Under the pieces are notes generated by a model. That model made no database searches. It was given only the letters and a program-made list of their open reading frames with translations, and had not been told where the DNA came from. Source: Okamejei kenojei (taxonomy: Eukaryota). From it: DNA of 64,000 bases. Of the stretch, positions 49,862 through 62,149 are shown piece by piece. Made by a program: the position numbers and the translations under genes. The first letter of the stretch is position 1, and each line of letters opens with the position of its first letter. The DNA lies in the NCBI GenBank assembly GCA_035221665.1, contig CM069149.1, positions 13,392,001-13,456,000 on the forward strand, read 5' to 3'.

Positions 49862-51404
49862 GCATATTCTTGCCGTTCTGTGGTCGGGCACAATAGTTCA
49901 GTTAAATGAAATGATGTCCAGAAAAAAAAATGTAGGGATGCGATTTGTGAGTTTCTAGGAATAAAATAGCTAATTCGACAAACGGAATACAAAAAAAAAG
50001 TGCGATATCCCGAAACGGGGCGAGGAACGAATGTCTTCTACAACAACAGCCATTTCTCCAGTCATAGAGGTAATTGGTTATGTTGCCACAACTAATCTGC
50101 GGGTTTTACAACTTACAATGACCAGGCAGCGATAACGGGTTCAGAGCTAATATGCTGCGGTTTACTTTTGAGGAACATTAAAGATCAAGATTTTTTCAGC
50201 AGCTCATAAAATATATAAGCGGCCCCTGAGATCTTTCAGAAAACTGATTATTTTTAGTGTGAGAAAATGATGATGCAAGCGATTTTAAAGCTTGAACATC
50301 ATTGATCAATTAACAAGGACTATGGTGACAAATAATGAGCAAGGAATAGAAATAAGAAGCGGAAGCTTCCATCTTTTCCCCTGCTAAACATACCTTTTAA
50401 AATGGAAAATAAAACATATGTAAACATGTTGATGCTCTTTACCAGGCCATGCCTTCACTTTATGGTGTTAGAACTTACACACACGATCAGAATTCAATAT
50501 TCCGGAGATGTTATTTGTTGCATATCAGACGGTCCTAGTTATGCCTTTAGCCATTCAATTAAAAACAGCGCCAGCCTTGATCTGCTTCAAATAAGTAATG
50601 TTACTCTGTGTATATGGTTCAGTCAAAATTCTGGTTTATGTCTTAGTGTGATTATATTTTATTGTTTTTAATGAGTCAACAGAAACTAAATAACATTTGC
50701 AGATTTAATATGCCCAACACAAAAATATATATTTTGGCATATTTTCTCTAAAAATGTAGTATTTTACAGCCATACCTCAATTAATTTCCTCATGTAACAT
50801 AATGATTGATTGTAATGTATCAGCTTATTCCTCACTATTTTAGTTGTGGCCACCTAAACTGTGTGAGTGTCTGTATTGTAAGTGTATAACCCATGTCTAT
50901 TAAGAAATCAAAATCAGATGTTCATTTTCCTTAATATTGTGTGTGTGTGCGCACTTTAAAATTTATGAAACAAATTCTGTGTTCAATCTTTTCAAGATGA
51001 CATATGATTTGATGGTAACTATTTTAATTGTTATTAAACCATTTGAAGTTTATTTAGAAGAACACTTAGAATGACATCTTATAGTTTTTCGAATTCCTTC
51101 CATTCTTCCCTCTATCTTTCTTTACAACTTCCAATAGCCAGAGTAATAATTATATTATCTCTATAACATTTACAATGTGGATAGGTATCTTTCAGATCTT
51201 CTAAGTCCCTCGGATGATTTGCTTCTATTCCAGTTCTAAAGTGGGTTCTAAAGTGGCTGATGAGGCCAATGTGAAATATTGGACAGAGGGGTAGGTTGGG
51301 AGATTGTTACGCAGGGGTTTTGTAAGTTCTCGATGAATGGATCTGTGATGCGCAATACTATCCCAGATGTCCCTTCCCCATTTTGTCGTAAGCCAGGGAT
51401 TCCA

Positions 51405-51492
51405 AGGGTCACAAGGAATGGCAGACGCTGGATTACAAAAAGAAAAGACAAAGAGCTGGAGTAACTCAAGGGATCAGGCAGCATTTCACGAG
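51405..51492 (-). mobile_element. Penelope-LTR-like short repeat (tail only)
   Basis: AAGGAATGGCAGACGCTGG..AGCTGGAGTAACTCAAGGGATCAGGCAGCAT. Confidence 0.6.
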
Positions 51493-52819
51493 TCAGCGGG
51501 AATGTTCCATTTTTTCCCGAGGAGGCTTGAATCTATTCCTCTGTCAAAATGGTAATGTCCTCCAGTGACAGAGCATTGAAACTCTGAAGATTTCTATTTA
51601 AACAATGCTACTGGTGATCTTATAATATTAAAAATATATACTTTATAAGAGAAAATAAGTGTCATGTTTCTTCCGGGCATTCTAGTGTTTTCCGATCTGA
51701 AAGCTGGTGTTTGTGCCCCATGGCTGCATTTAATAGATCAAACAGCAAGATGGGAGCAAGGATTGTACTGTAACTTTTCATGAGAACACTATTCTTGTTG
51801 GAATTCTATATCAGAGATTTGGTTACTAGTACTCTGATGCAGGTTACATAACATTTCTATTTTTGACAATTTTTTAGTTTTCGACATTGTAAGATTTTAC
51901 TGTTAACTGTTATTGTGATTTTTCATGGCCTTATTGAGATGATTATACTCTTTCCACACGCACTTCCTTGTACTTCAGTGGTTGTAGTTCATTTGGTATT
52001 AGTTTATTATTATGAATTACTGAGATATGATTAAAAACGTTGTTTTGTGTGACATCCAGGTAAGCCATATCACACATGATTAAAATCAAACTATACTTAT
52101 CTTACACCATAACCATAGTAATTTGTCCCGTAACTCTGTACTGTAATATTTAATTGACCAAATTTTAACATTAACACCCATTCATAGTGTTGGGGCAGAA
52201 TCACAAAGGAGCTCGGCCCAAAACATGATTATTCAGCCGACTGAGTGCTGCAACGTTTTCAAGAGCACCACAGTTGGCCCCCATTACTCTGCACTTTCCC
52301 TGTATTCCTGCAATTGTCTTTTTTATATTTGATATTTATGTGATTCTCTTTTAAAAACTACCATTGCATCTATTTCCTCCATCACGGAATGCACTTCAAA
52401 GCTCAACACCTGATGTGGAAAGAATGTATTTCCTCTGTTGGCTCTGGTTGTTCTTGCCAGGCACCTTAAATCTCTGCCTGGTGGTTATCGACTTTTCATC
52501 ATTGGAAACCGTTTTTTTTTCCTCCTCCAAGCCACTTATGATTCTAAATATATCAATTAAATCCCTTCTTTACAGAAAATAACCCTAGCTTCTTCAGTCT
52601 GTTTAGGTAATATCTTCCTTGTTCCTTTCCAAGGCCTTCATATCTATGGTGTACAGAATTGTAGGCAATTGCTAGCTGGCCCTGAATCATTGTTTTACAT
52701 TTGTTGCTAGATTCAGTGCTCTGAGCCTCTGTATGAAACTCAAGATCACATTTGACCGATTCACTGCTTTGTTAATTTGTCCTGCCAGCTATTATTTACA
52801 AGAGTAATTGCCTCAAAAC

Positions 52820-53055
52820 GACAACTGGCATCATCAGAGACCCACACCATCCTGGCCAGATTCTCATTTCACTCCTGCTATCGGGAAGAAGGAATAGAAG
52901 CTTTTAAGCTGTAATGTCCAGGTTCAGGATCAGCTTCTTCCCTACAACCATTCTGCTTTTAAACATTACAAACTCCAAATAGGCTGTGAACTACATAGAC
53001 GTGTGGGTATTATTTTTAACTTTTCACTATTATTGTTTGTTTCATTATTTCTCTG

Positions 53056-53119
<64 letters not shown>

Positions 53120-53385
53120 CAGAGAAATAATGAAACAAACAATAATAGTGAAAATATATATATATTTTCTTGCTTGTAATAAGAAATTCTTACCTGCAAC
53201 AGCATAACCATAAAACCCATTATAAACAACAAATACGTTCAGTATATCTATAAACTGTACTTTTTGTTGTTTTGTTTATGGTACTTACAGGGTACTATGT
53301 TTAAATATCTGTTGTGCTGCTGCAAGTAAGAATTTCATTGTTCCGTTTCAGGACAAATAACAATAAAACATTATTGACTCTTATG
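52820..53385 (+). mobile_element. Rex1-type LINE 3' fragment containing the (TA)n palindrome
   Basis: IIRDPHHPG..LLLSGRR..RFRISFFP motif; tail GTGCTGCTGCAAGTAAGAATTTCATTGTTC..CAATAAAAC, also seen at 6040-6110. Confidence 0.7.
53021..53154. repeat. Perfect 134-bp palindrome centred on (TA)31
   Basis: 36-bp arm (53021-53056), then (TA)n (53057-53118), then the exact reverse-complement arm (53119-53154). Confidence 0.95.
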
Positions 53386-54087
53386 TCTCCGTTCCTTTGT
53401 GCAATTTAATTCTAAACCATATAGCAATTATTATTTTTTCACTTATTTTCTTCCAAAATTCAAATTTTCTGCATATTTTTTACCCTGAGGTCTCTACCCA
53501 CTATTTCTCTCCTCAACACTGTTTGTTAAGTTACCGTGTTTTCCGTGAAGTGCATTTTTGACATTGTGATTTTTGCCGCCACATCCAAGATAAATGTTAA
53601 TTGTAAATAGCATTGGTTCTTTATTCGCTGAATTGTTGCTTCTGATACAGCGCTCCAACACTAAATTTATTTCAGGAATTTAGTGGATGGAAGATGAACA
53701 TATTATTTTGCATCCTTAACTGACTACACCCACATTTTTTAAATAGTTTTCTTTGTGGATCAATTTCACAGCAAGAGGATTAATCCATAAAATCATTTAA
53801 ATTATCCAATTTCTTGTATTGAATTTTGTTATGGTTCCTTTTTCGTAAGGGTCTTACATATCATTGTTCTTAAACTTAAGAACCTCTAAATTTGACTTGC
53901 TATTTCCGAATACTGGCAGACCAGTTGTTTATTATTTGTATTACAGATATTCAACATCTGCACGGTTTTATTTTCTTTATGAAGTTGTAGTTTTTTTTTC
54001 CAGCCATTATCAGAGGACATAGTTGATGAAGGGCGTGTGTGAATTGGTTCCTGTTTGAGATGTTTTCTTGTTTTCTTTCTTGCCCAG

Positions 54088-54392
54088 CCAATTATGGCGT
54101 TTCAAAGCCAATGGGTACAGTGGCCTGTGCAGACCTGCCGAGACCCATCGAGAACTACTGTAACATGAAGGTGTCACCATTGAAAGGTCTGGAGGAAAAA
54201 TCTATCATGGATCACAATGTTGACAAGAGTGACTCCAATGTCTCCAGCACCAAGAAGAGGAGAAATAGGACAACATTCACCAGTTTACAGTTAGAAGAAC
54301 TGGAGAAAGTGTTCCAGAAAACCCATTACCCAGATGTGTATGCTAGGGAGCAGCTGGCTCTTCGCACGGAGCTCACCGAGGCCAGAGTTCAG
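54088..54392 (+). CDS. ALX1: ALX1 coding exon 2 (homeodomain residues 1-46)
   Basis: ttcttgcccag|CC...GTTCAG|gtaagc, 305 nt. Encodes [69 protein letters not shown]. Confidence 0.97.
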
Positions 54393-54746
54393 GTAAGCAA
54401 CTACCACTCACTGAACAAACCTGGTTATGAAAAGCATTTGGTGAATATTTAGTGGCATGATTGATTACGGCCATATTTTAAAATGCGTCTTCAGTATATG
54501 ATGCGCGATGCTCTCATGCACCGATAACTTTCTGAAATAAAATAAACACAAATGACTGTTGTAAAATCTGTTGGCTAAGATGTTGTGTTAATATTAATGA
54601 AGTTATCGCTGCACTTTGTTTGCAGTGGATTAAATCTGACAGCAACTTCCCAAATAAGCATGTGAGTTATTAAATCTTAAAATGCATAAGTTGCTGCTTG
54701 AGTTGCTGTTGCTCTTCCCAAACGTTTACTGCACCAGTAACTCGTT

Positions 54747-55064
54747 AAGTAAGTAAGTAAGTTTATTGGCCAAGTATTTGCATACAAGGAATTTGCTTTC
54801 GTGCTCTGCCCTCGTACCAACATGACATACATTGACAGGTTATGAACGACTCAGAAAACACTAAACATTAATAATAATAAAACATTAATGATAAAACACC
54901 ATTGATCAAGCATGTGAACAAACCAAATAACAGATCAAAGGGAAGCTACAGATTTATGGCTGTTGAGTAGAGCAACTACTCGTGGATAAAAACTGTTTTT
55001 ATGTCTGGCTGTGGCAGCTTTGACAGTCCGGAGTCGCCTTCCAGAGGGAAGTGATTCAAAGAGT
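54747..55064 (-). mobile_element. Rex1-type LINE 3' end with (CTTA)n tail
   Basis: (AAGT)4 then TTTATT, and later AAACTGTTTTTATG..GTCGCCTTCCAGAGGGAAG (LPSGRR on the minus strand). Confidence 0.65.
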
Positions 55065-55909
55065 CAAAGTGATTTAATGGATTCAGCATTGAAATTCCAT
55101 CACGATTGTGAATTTGCAGCTCTCACCAATTAATAACTCAAAAGCAAACAGGATTAAAAATTAAGGCTTTCTGCATTCAGCAACGAGTGAATTTGTTAAC
55201 GGCATGATTAATTTTGTTAAGTGGAACCCCACTGCCCCTAATGTGTGCCATTAAACGCCAGACTTACCAGGTTTAGATCTGTTGTATTTATTGAAATTGT
55301 TGGCTGTGTGCTTTTGTAAATAATACATGAGGCATTTATGGAGCATTGGCCTTGAACAGTGTACGTTGGATGCCAAATAAGCCTTGCCCTCCAATATCCT
55401 CTGAAAATCTTCCCTGTAATTATGCCATGTGCCAAAGCAGTCAAGATTTTCTCTGTTTCTGAATGGAGCTAACATTCAGAAATAATTAAAGCTATTAAAA
55501 TTTGAATAAACCATTAACATTTAAAAGAGTATTGGAAAAAAATTACAAAGAGTATCATCTAAATAGACTTTTAAATATGTTTAAAAGTTAAAGAAATAAT
55601 TAATATTTATAAATCTTATAAATTATTCTTGGCCGACAATGTAACCTTGTGTGCGATCTGTTAGCAATTTCTCCAGTTGAATACTGCAGTTTTGTCAACC
55701 TACTGCCTGATTGCTGGACACCATGTGCAGCACAGTTGCAGAGCACAATTAAAAAATGTACTTGAACATTTCCACCTGTATCACAACTTACACATATGTA
55801 CAGAGGTCCAGAATGTGATTGCATTTCTGTGCTGAACTATCAGCCAAGCACAGCACAATTTATACAGTGAATTACATCTCCAGTTTTGAAAAAAATAATT
55901 TAAAGCACT

Positions 55910-56781
55910 GTCACAGTCAGCAAATGGCTGTTGTTGGTGGTGGTTGGTTTGAAGTGAAGCACTGCAAATGGCTGTTGGTGGTGGTGGTTACTTGACAACT
56001 TCCTGTTTGCACTGTATATTGATTTTAGATAAAACGCTACCAGTTACGGCTGTAATTTTTGGCCATCTTACTCAGTCCCCCTCCGCTCATCAGGTGCAGA
56101 GAATTCTTCTCATCAATGAAAAATTAAAGTGGTATTAGTGTTTAAAAAATGTTGAGAATCTCTCTCCTGTCAATCACCCCATGAAGGCCACGCCCATTCT
56201 GGTGGGAGCGGGGATGGATTATAAAACCCGGTAGTGTGGGTGTGGCTCAGTCTCTGCAAGATAGGGGAGGGAAAGGTCACAACTCTGTCTGAGCTGTGGA
56301 TCAACTGAACACACTGAATGTCTACTGAACTGTGAGTGTCGTATTTATGTGGTGTTTTGTGTCGTTTTATGGTGGTTTCACTCTGCTTGAAATTGAACGA
56401 AACTGCATTTGAATTTGGTGGCTTTGCACCCTGCATGAAATGGTATGAAACTGCATTTGAATTTGGTGGCCTTGCACCCTGCTTGAAATGGAATTTCAAG
56501 GAATAGCCTTGAGTCAACTGCCAGCCCACCAGCCGTGAGTGAGCTGTCAGCACATCAGCGTTGAGTGACTGAGCTGTCACCCCAAGAATCTATTAGCCCA
56601 CAATGTCCATACCAGCCCTCTGGAAACCAGTCCCTCCAGCCCACAAAACCCATACTAGTGCTCCAGAAAGCCCCCCCACCACTGGCCACCAATATTCGAA
56701 TTGGTGGAGAGGTGGAATATTGTGTTAGGGGACCAGCCGTCTCGTGTGAACACGGGACCCAACAGGTCCCACTTAGTCTAG
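55910..56781 (+). mobile_element. Non-autonomous Helitron-like element (5' boundary uncertain)
   Basis: 3' hairpin GGGACC-CAACA-GGTCCC (56754-56770), then ACTTAGT-CTAG|T terminus; internal ~49-bp tandem repeat at 56399-56490. Confidence 0.65.
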
Positions 56782-59622
56782 TACTATATATGTATCTCCC
56801 TCTCTCACTGCCTCATTCTCTCTCACTCCCCCTCTCTGTACACAATTTATATCCAATTTATGCTGCCTACTATTTATTTGTTCATTTGGATTCAGTGGAT
56901 TACTGTCAGGAATCTTTAAATTATTAGGATGAAGACCTTATCGTTTTGCTCCCTACCACAAATGCTAAAGTTAAATTTTAAAAGGTTATTTTTAAGACTT
57001 TTTCCAAAAAAATGATGTCTTAGCAAATGGGCCCCCACACATGTATTGGTCAATTTTCCATGCTAGAGAAATTGGTTTGTAGTTATTGAAAATTATTAAT
57101 TTGTGATAAGCATTAAATATCAACTCGAAAAATGGAGGCCGATTTGATGAATACCTAATGTACCAACATAATGTTCATTGCCCACCATTGGTGAGAAAAA
57201 TAGCAAAAAGGCATTTTTGCAAAGTTGATGGAAGATCAATGAAATTCAGGCAGCATCTTTTAGATTTTGTTGTTTCACCACATATCTGTACCGCACTTAA
57301 TGTATGCATATCGTCAGTTATGGCAACATTTGACTTACAATTGACACCACAAAAAGATCTTACCTATAAACGGATAAATAGAAATTACTGAAGCAGAAGT
57401 TAAAACAAAATAATTTCTCCTAACTTTAATATTCTAGCTGATGCTCTTTGCTGTGAAGAGTTGTTGAATATTGTGAAGACTATCTTTCTCAAATAGCAAA
57501 TGTTTAGCATTATACTGGAAATTAATTAAACCTTTTCCCATTTAATATATTGACCACTAATCAGTTGTATATAAACATTAGTGGATATGAATATTATTTC
57601 TATTGCCCATCAAAATGTACTTCTAATGATTTTTGGCATTAAATAAACCCTGAGCAGCTTCCATTTATTTAGTTGAGTAAAATATTTATGCATAATTTTA
57701 CAAAATAAATCATAGGTGCCAGATGAATACAATTATCTTACCAGTAACAGAGCAATAAGATGATTATCTATTTCTGAGATTAAATATATTTTTGTAGTTG
57801 ATCTGTTTTGCATTAGTGGAATTCTACAATTCTATTCTTGGCCTCACCACATTCACATCTCTTGGGATTTTTAAAATAAATTTAGAATTGTGTTATTTGG
57901 TTACCAGATCACATACAGTTAATAAGCACATTGATTGGAAGTCCACCAATGGCTTATTTAATATTCCAACCATTACTCATTCAAGATTTTATCACTTGTG
58001 AAATAAAACTTCATTTCCCGTGTACGATAACACAGCGCTTCACTGTTCTGGATTTGTTGCACTGCTCTCAATATAATGTATATGGTCTAAAAAATAACTT
58101 TGCAGTGGATAATCATCACAAAAGCTGAAAGGTATCGTTGATGCCTCAAGGATTTGCAAATGACAGATTTGAAAATTTAGGATTTTGTTTTTCTGGTATT
58201 TACTCTATTACCTTCACATACTTCTTCAGATACTATCTAATATTGCAACAAAATATTGGCACAAGGGCGGAACCAAATAAATTCACATGTTTAATCAGGG
58301 CAAGATATTCTCCAGACTGTTCTTTGTTGAGACAAAATGCATATTAATTCCAATCGTATATCCTGAACCACAGACACAGAAGAGATCATGGGATAACATG
58401 ATATGTCATGATGGTTGAAGTTACCATTAGCATTTCACTGCATATAAAAATAAGCCAGCACCTATTTTGACAGGGCCATGGTGGATGGGGTTAATAGGGA
58501 TCCAAAGGCGTGTATTAGTATTTTTCTATTTGAAACAATTAATGCTTAATTAGTAAATTTTCATTGATAATGTTGCTAAGTTGATAACTGCAAACAGATA
58601 ATGCAAATTCACAAGCATTTCTGCCATATCAAAGAATGTTATAAGGTAGTTCTCCCTCCCCAACTGTTGCTGAAGGATGAGATTGGAAACATACTGAAGA
58701 AGAAAGAAATGTGTAATTGGTGCAAGCAGTAAATGTCCACTGTCGATTTGCCTTTCTGGATTATACGTTTTGCCAGACCATCAAACGTCACAGCCCCCGA
58801 GAGGAGTTTAACGGTACTGCAACGGTCCGTCTAGGCCACCGAAGAACCGAGATGCCGGCACGCAAAGTTGCCTTCAGAAATTGGCTATGGGAACAGATCT
58901 GCTGGCTCTGGCCGGGCTGGAGTTCCAGAGTCCCAGTCGCAGGGGGCAAATTCCACCCGCCGATCAGCGTGGAAGTCCCAATGAGGTTGAGATCGGCCTC
59001 CTCACCTGCCTAGGCACTACATCCGGGAAGAGGGGGTATTTCAAATGTGTTCTCGTAATTTTGTCCAGATTATAGCAGGTGCCAGACCACCAGTTACTGG
59101 AAAATTGGTGGTGGCCCTGTATCAGAAAATAATAAATAGTGAAATTATAGGTGGCAGTAGAGCTGTGGAGACACGAGATACTACAGATGCTCGTATCTGG
59201 ACCAACAACCAATCTGCTGGAGATTGACCCTGCATCATACAGCAGTGTAGCCATACAGTTGGCTTGATATGTCCCGATTGCCACACAGCCTCTGGGTTGT
59301 ACCGGCTTCATAATATTGCTCAACCCTTCTTCACATTTAGTTTAAATCAACCTTTCAAGACATGCAATTAATAGCCCATGTTGATTGCAAAAAATCCTTT
59401 GCTCTTGTCATTAACATTAAATGTTAAAATAAAACTGCAGTGGTAACAATTTACCACCCGATTCCTTTCAGGAAATTCATGCAAAATCCACTCCACCCTC
59501 AGCCACGGTGGGGACTTATTGACTGTACGCACATTTTGAAAGTAAGTGCTTACATCAGATTATCCTGTCTATGAATTAAAAAAAACAACTACACAGATTC
59601 TGTGAAATATGTGCCATATTCA

Positions 59623-59922
59623 TAGTTTAGTTTAGAGATACAGCACAGAATCAGAGCCTTCTGCCCACCGGGTCTGCGCCAACCAGCGACCACCCCATAT
59701 ACTAACGCTATCGTACACACTAGAGACAATTTACAATTTTTACCAAAGCCAAATTAATCTACAAACCTGTATGTCTTTGGAGAGTGGGAGAAAATGGAGT
59801 ACCTCAGGAGAAACCCACACGGTCATGGGGCGAACTTACAAACTCCGTACAGACAGCACCTATAGTCATGATCGAGCCAAGATCTCTGCCGTTGTAAGGC
59901 AGCAACTCTACCGCTGTGCCAC
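59623..59922 (-). mobile_element. HE1-type tRNA-derived SINE, near full length
   Basis: Minus strand GTGGCACAGCGGTAGAGTTGCTGCC..GGCTCGATCATGAC, with a (CTAAA)n tail. Confidence 0.85.
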
Positions 59923-61232
59923 GAGTTGGTTCTTGGTTTGAAAATAATTGTGTGCCTTTCTCATCAGCTGGAATTTGCAACCTGTTGTGATGCCTTCAAC
60001 AACAGGACAAATATGTTGACATATTGATATCTGTGTCCTGTGAGTCCTTAGTGGACCATGTGGTGCATCGTCTGTCATTTATTTGAGCAGATGCAACAAT
60101 AATTGATATTGACTGTAGGGTTACTATAGAGTGGGAATGGTTTATTAGTTCTAACATTCCCAACTAAATAAATTGGTAGCTGAATATACATTATGACCAT
60201 TATTGTCACTATCTTAAACAGTACTGGTTTTATCTAATTTAAAGGCAGAGAGTCACACAGCATGGAAACAGGCTCCTCTGCCCAACTCCGCCATGTTGAC
60301 CAAGCTAAGCTAAGCCTTTTTTCAACAATGGCTTGTTTTCTTATGTGGGTTCATTGCTATATTAAAGCTTACATCAGAGTGGTAGACTATGGACAGAGAG
60401 TCAAAATAGAACCTTTGCTCTAGGATGGATATTCAAATAGAATAGCAAAGAATGTAGGAATTCTTGCTTCAATTATAAGACAACACTGGCCTGTGAGAGG
60501 AGAGTGATCTCTCTGCTGGTATCTGTTTACATTGTTTTATAGGATATTACACAATGGATAATCATTATTTTTCTTTCTTGTGAAGCCAAGATGTGGTCCT
60601 CTTATATCCATCGATGGCTAGGAAAGAGAGGATGGACTTTGCTGCGTACTTCAGACGTATCTCATGATTTGGATCTAAACCAATTTTGATATTAAAATGC
60701 AATGAATCGTTTCCAAATTCATTCTGCAGCATTTGTTTCCCACTTCTCTGAAGAGCCATAATTTTTCTAAATAAGGATGAACTGGGATATAAAATTGACC
60801 TAAGGAGTAGCACAAAACAAATGATAGCAAATCAACAGTATGTTTCTATTCTAACTATAATAAAATTGATTGTTTATTTTACATTCTACGTGATTTTGAG
60901 CAGATTTGCTCTCATTCATTTTTTTTAATTGTCTGTGCTTATTTTCTAACACCTTCCAAGATTAATTTGTTTGATTATTCCAGTGCATGAGTGAATGTGT
61001 TTATTTTCCAATGATGATAATGCACTTGTTGGATAGCTGATATTATCTTTCAAACATTAAGCTGGAGAAGCCTTTCTTTCAATGCATGTTCCTCCAGAGC
61101 AAAATGTCAAGGAAGCTTTCCATGGTGGAAACTAACATGTGGAACATCTTCGAGCTTCCAAGGAAGCTTACACTGCTATTATATGGTTGTCAATCACACA
61201 AGAAATGAGAACTGATGTGTTATTCTTCGCAG

Positions 61233-61361
61233 GTTTGGTTTCAAAATAGAAGAGCAAAATGGAGAAAGAGGGAACGATATGGCCAGTTACAGCAAGCTCG
61301 AAACCACTTTGCAACCTCCTATGATATATCTCTTTTACCTAGGGCAGAAACATACTCACAG
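61233..61361 (+). CDS. ALX1: ALX1 coding exon 3 (homeodomain helix 3 end plus the conserved post-homeodomain segment); gene continues beyond window
   Basis: ttcttcgcag|GTT...TCACAG|gtaggt, 129 nt. Encodes [43 protein letters not shown] (Q50 paired class). Confidence 0.97.
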
Positions 61362-61392
61362 GTAGGTGAAATGAAGGGAGACGGGATTGTGT

Positions 61393-61521
61393 AGGAAGGA
61401 ACTGCAGATGCTGGTTTAAACCAAAGATGGACACAAAATGCTGGAGTAACTTAGTGGGTCAGGCAGCATCTCTGGAGAAAAGGAATGGGTGACGTTTCAG
61501 GTCGAGACCCTTCTTCAGAAT
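61393..61521 (-). mobile_element. Penelope-LTR-like repeat with near-intact hammerhead core and a 9-bp flanking direct repeat
   Basis: GGATTGTGT at 61384-61392 and 61522-61530; minus-strand core CTGAAGAAGGGTCTCGACCTGAAACGTC. Confidence 0.78.
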
Positions 61522-61669
61522 GGATTGTGTTCCATAGACACTGGTGACTACATTTTGACAAGTAAACCAATCATGTAGAAAATAATCACATGTATGTTTT
61601 TTTCAATGTCTTTAAAAGTGAAAATATGTGCTTCTGGTGTGGATACTATTTGCTGAGAGGCCAGTATGA

Positions 61670-61880
61670 GACGATACAATACAGTAAAACGTTATTTATC
61701 CCAGGAGGATAATTGATCTGCCAATAGTCATTAAAAAACATAAAATACATGAAATTATAAATGGCTAGTGGAAAGGCTTGGGGGATGTGCAAAAATTGGG
61801 GGGGGGGGAATCACTCAGTCTCAGCCTACCCCATAGCAGAAGGGGGAGGAGTTGCAAATCTTGAGTAAGTAGGGGGAATA
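61670..61880 (-). mobile_element. LINE (Rex1-like) 3' tail fragment
   Basis: GATACAATACAG..TTATTTATCCCAGGAGG..GGGGGAGGAGTTG. Confidence 0.45.
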
Positions 61881-62149
61881 GATTTAGAATTAGAATGGAT
61901 GATTTAAGTAATTGTTTTATCACACTAAGAACTTGGTGCCTGCAAGGGCAGTGGAAGTAGAAAATATCATCTGACTTTAAATTAAGATGCAGAAGCACGT
62001 ATTGTGCTGTAACCTAGGTTAGGACTGAGAGCAAGAACATGGGTTTATTTGGCATGGACACAATATGTTTTGGCCTCCTGATATAAACCCATATGAGCCT
62101 GTGACTAGGTCTGCAAATCTGTCATGTATAGTACAGAAGCAAATAAATT

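Larger units (their letters stand above)
43000..50250. promoter_or_regulatory. CpG-enriched, low-GC domain over ALX1 promoter, exon 1 and intron 1
   Basis: CG dinucleotides are visibly frequent here (e.g. TCGTCG, ACGCGACGTCG, CCGCGAAACGA) and rare in unique sequence elsewhere; judged by eye. Confidence 0.7.

Noticed and set aside
50895-50922. Near match to the TWIST1-homeodomain composite motif (AAATCAAAATCAGATG)
   Set aside because: Lacks a proper TAAT core; expected by chance in AT-rich DNA.
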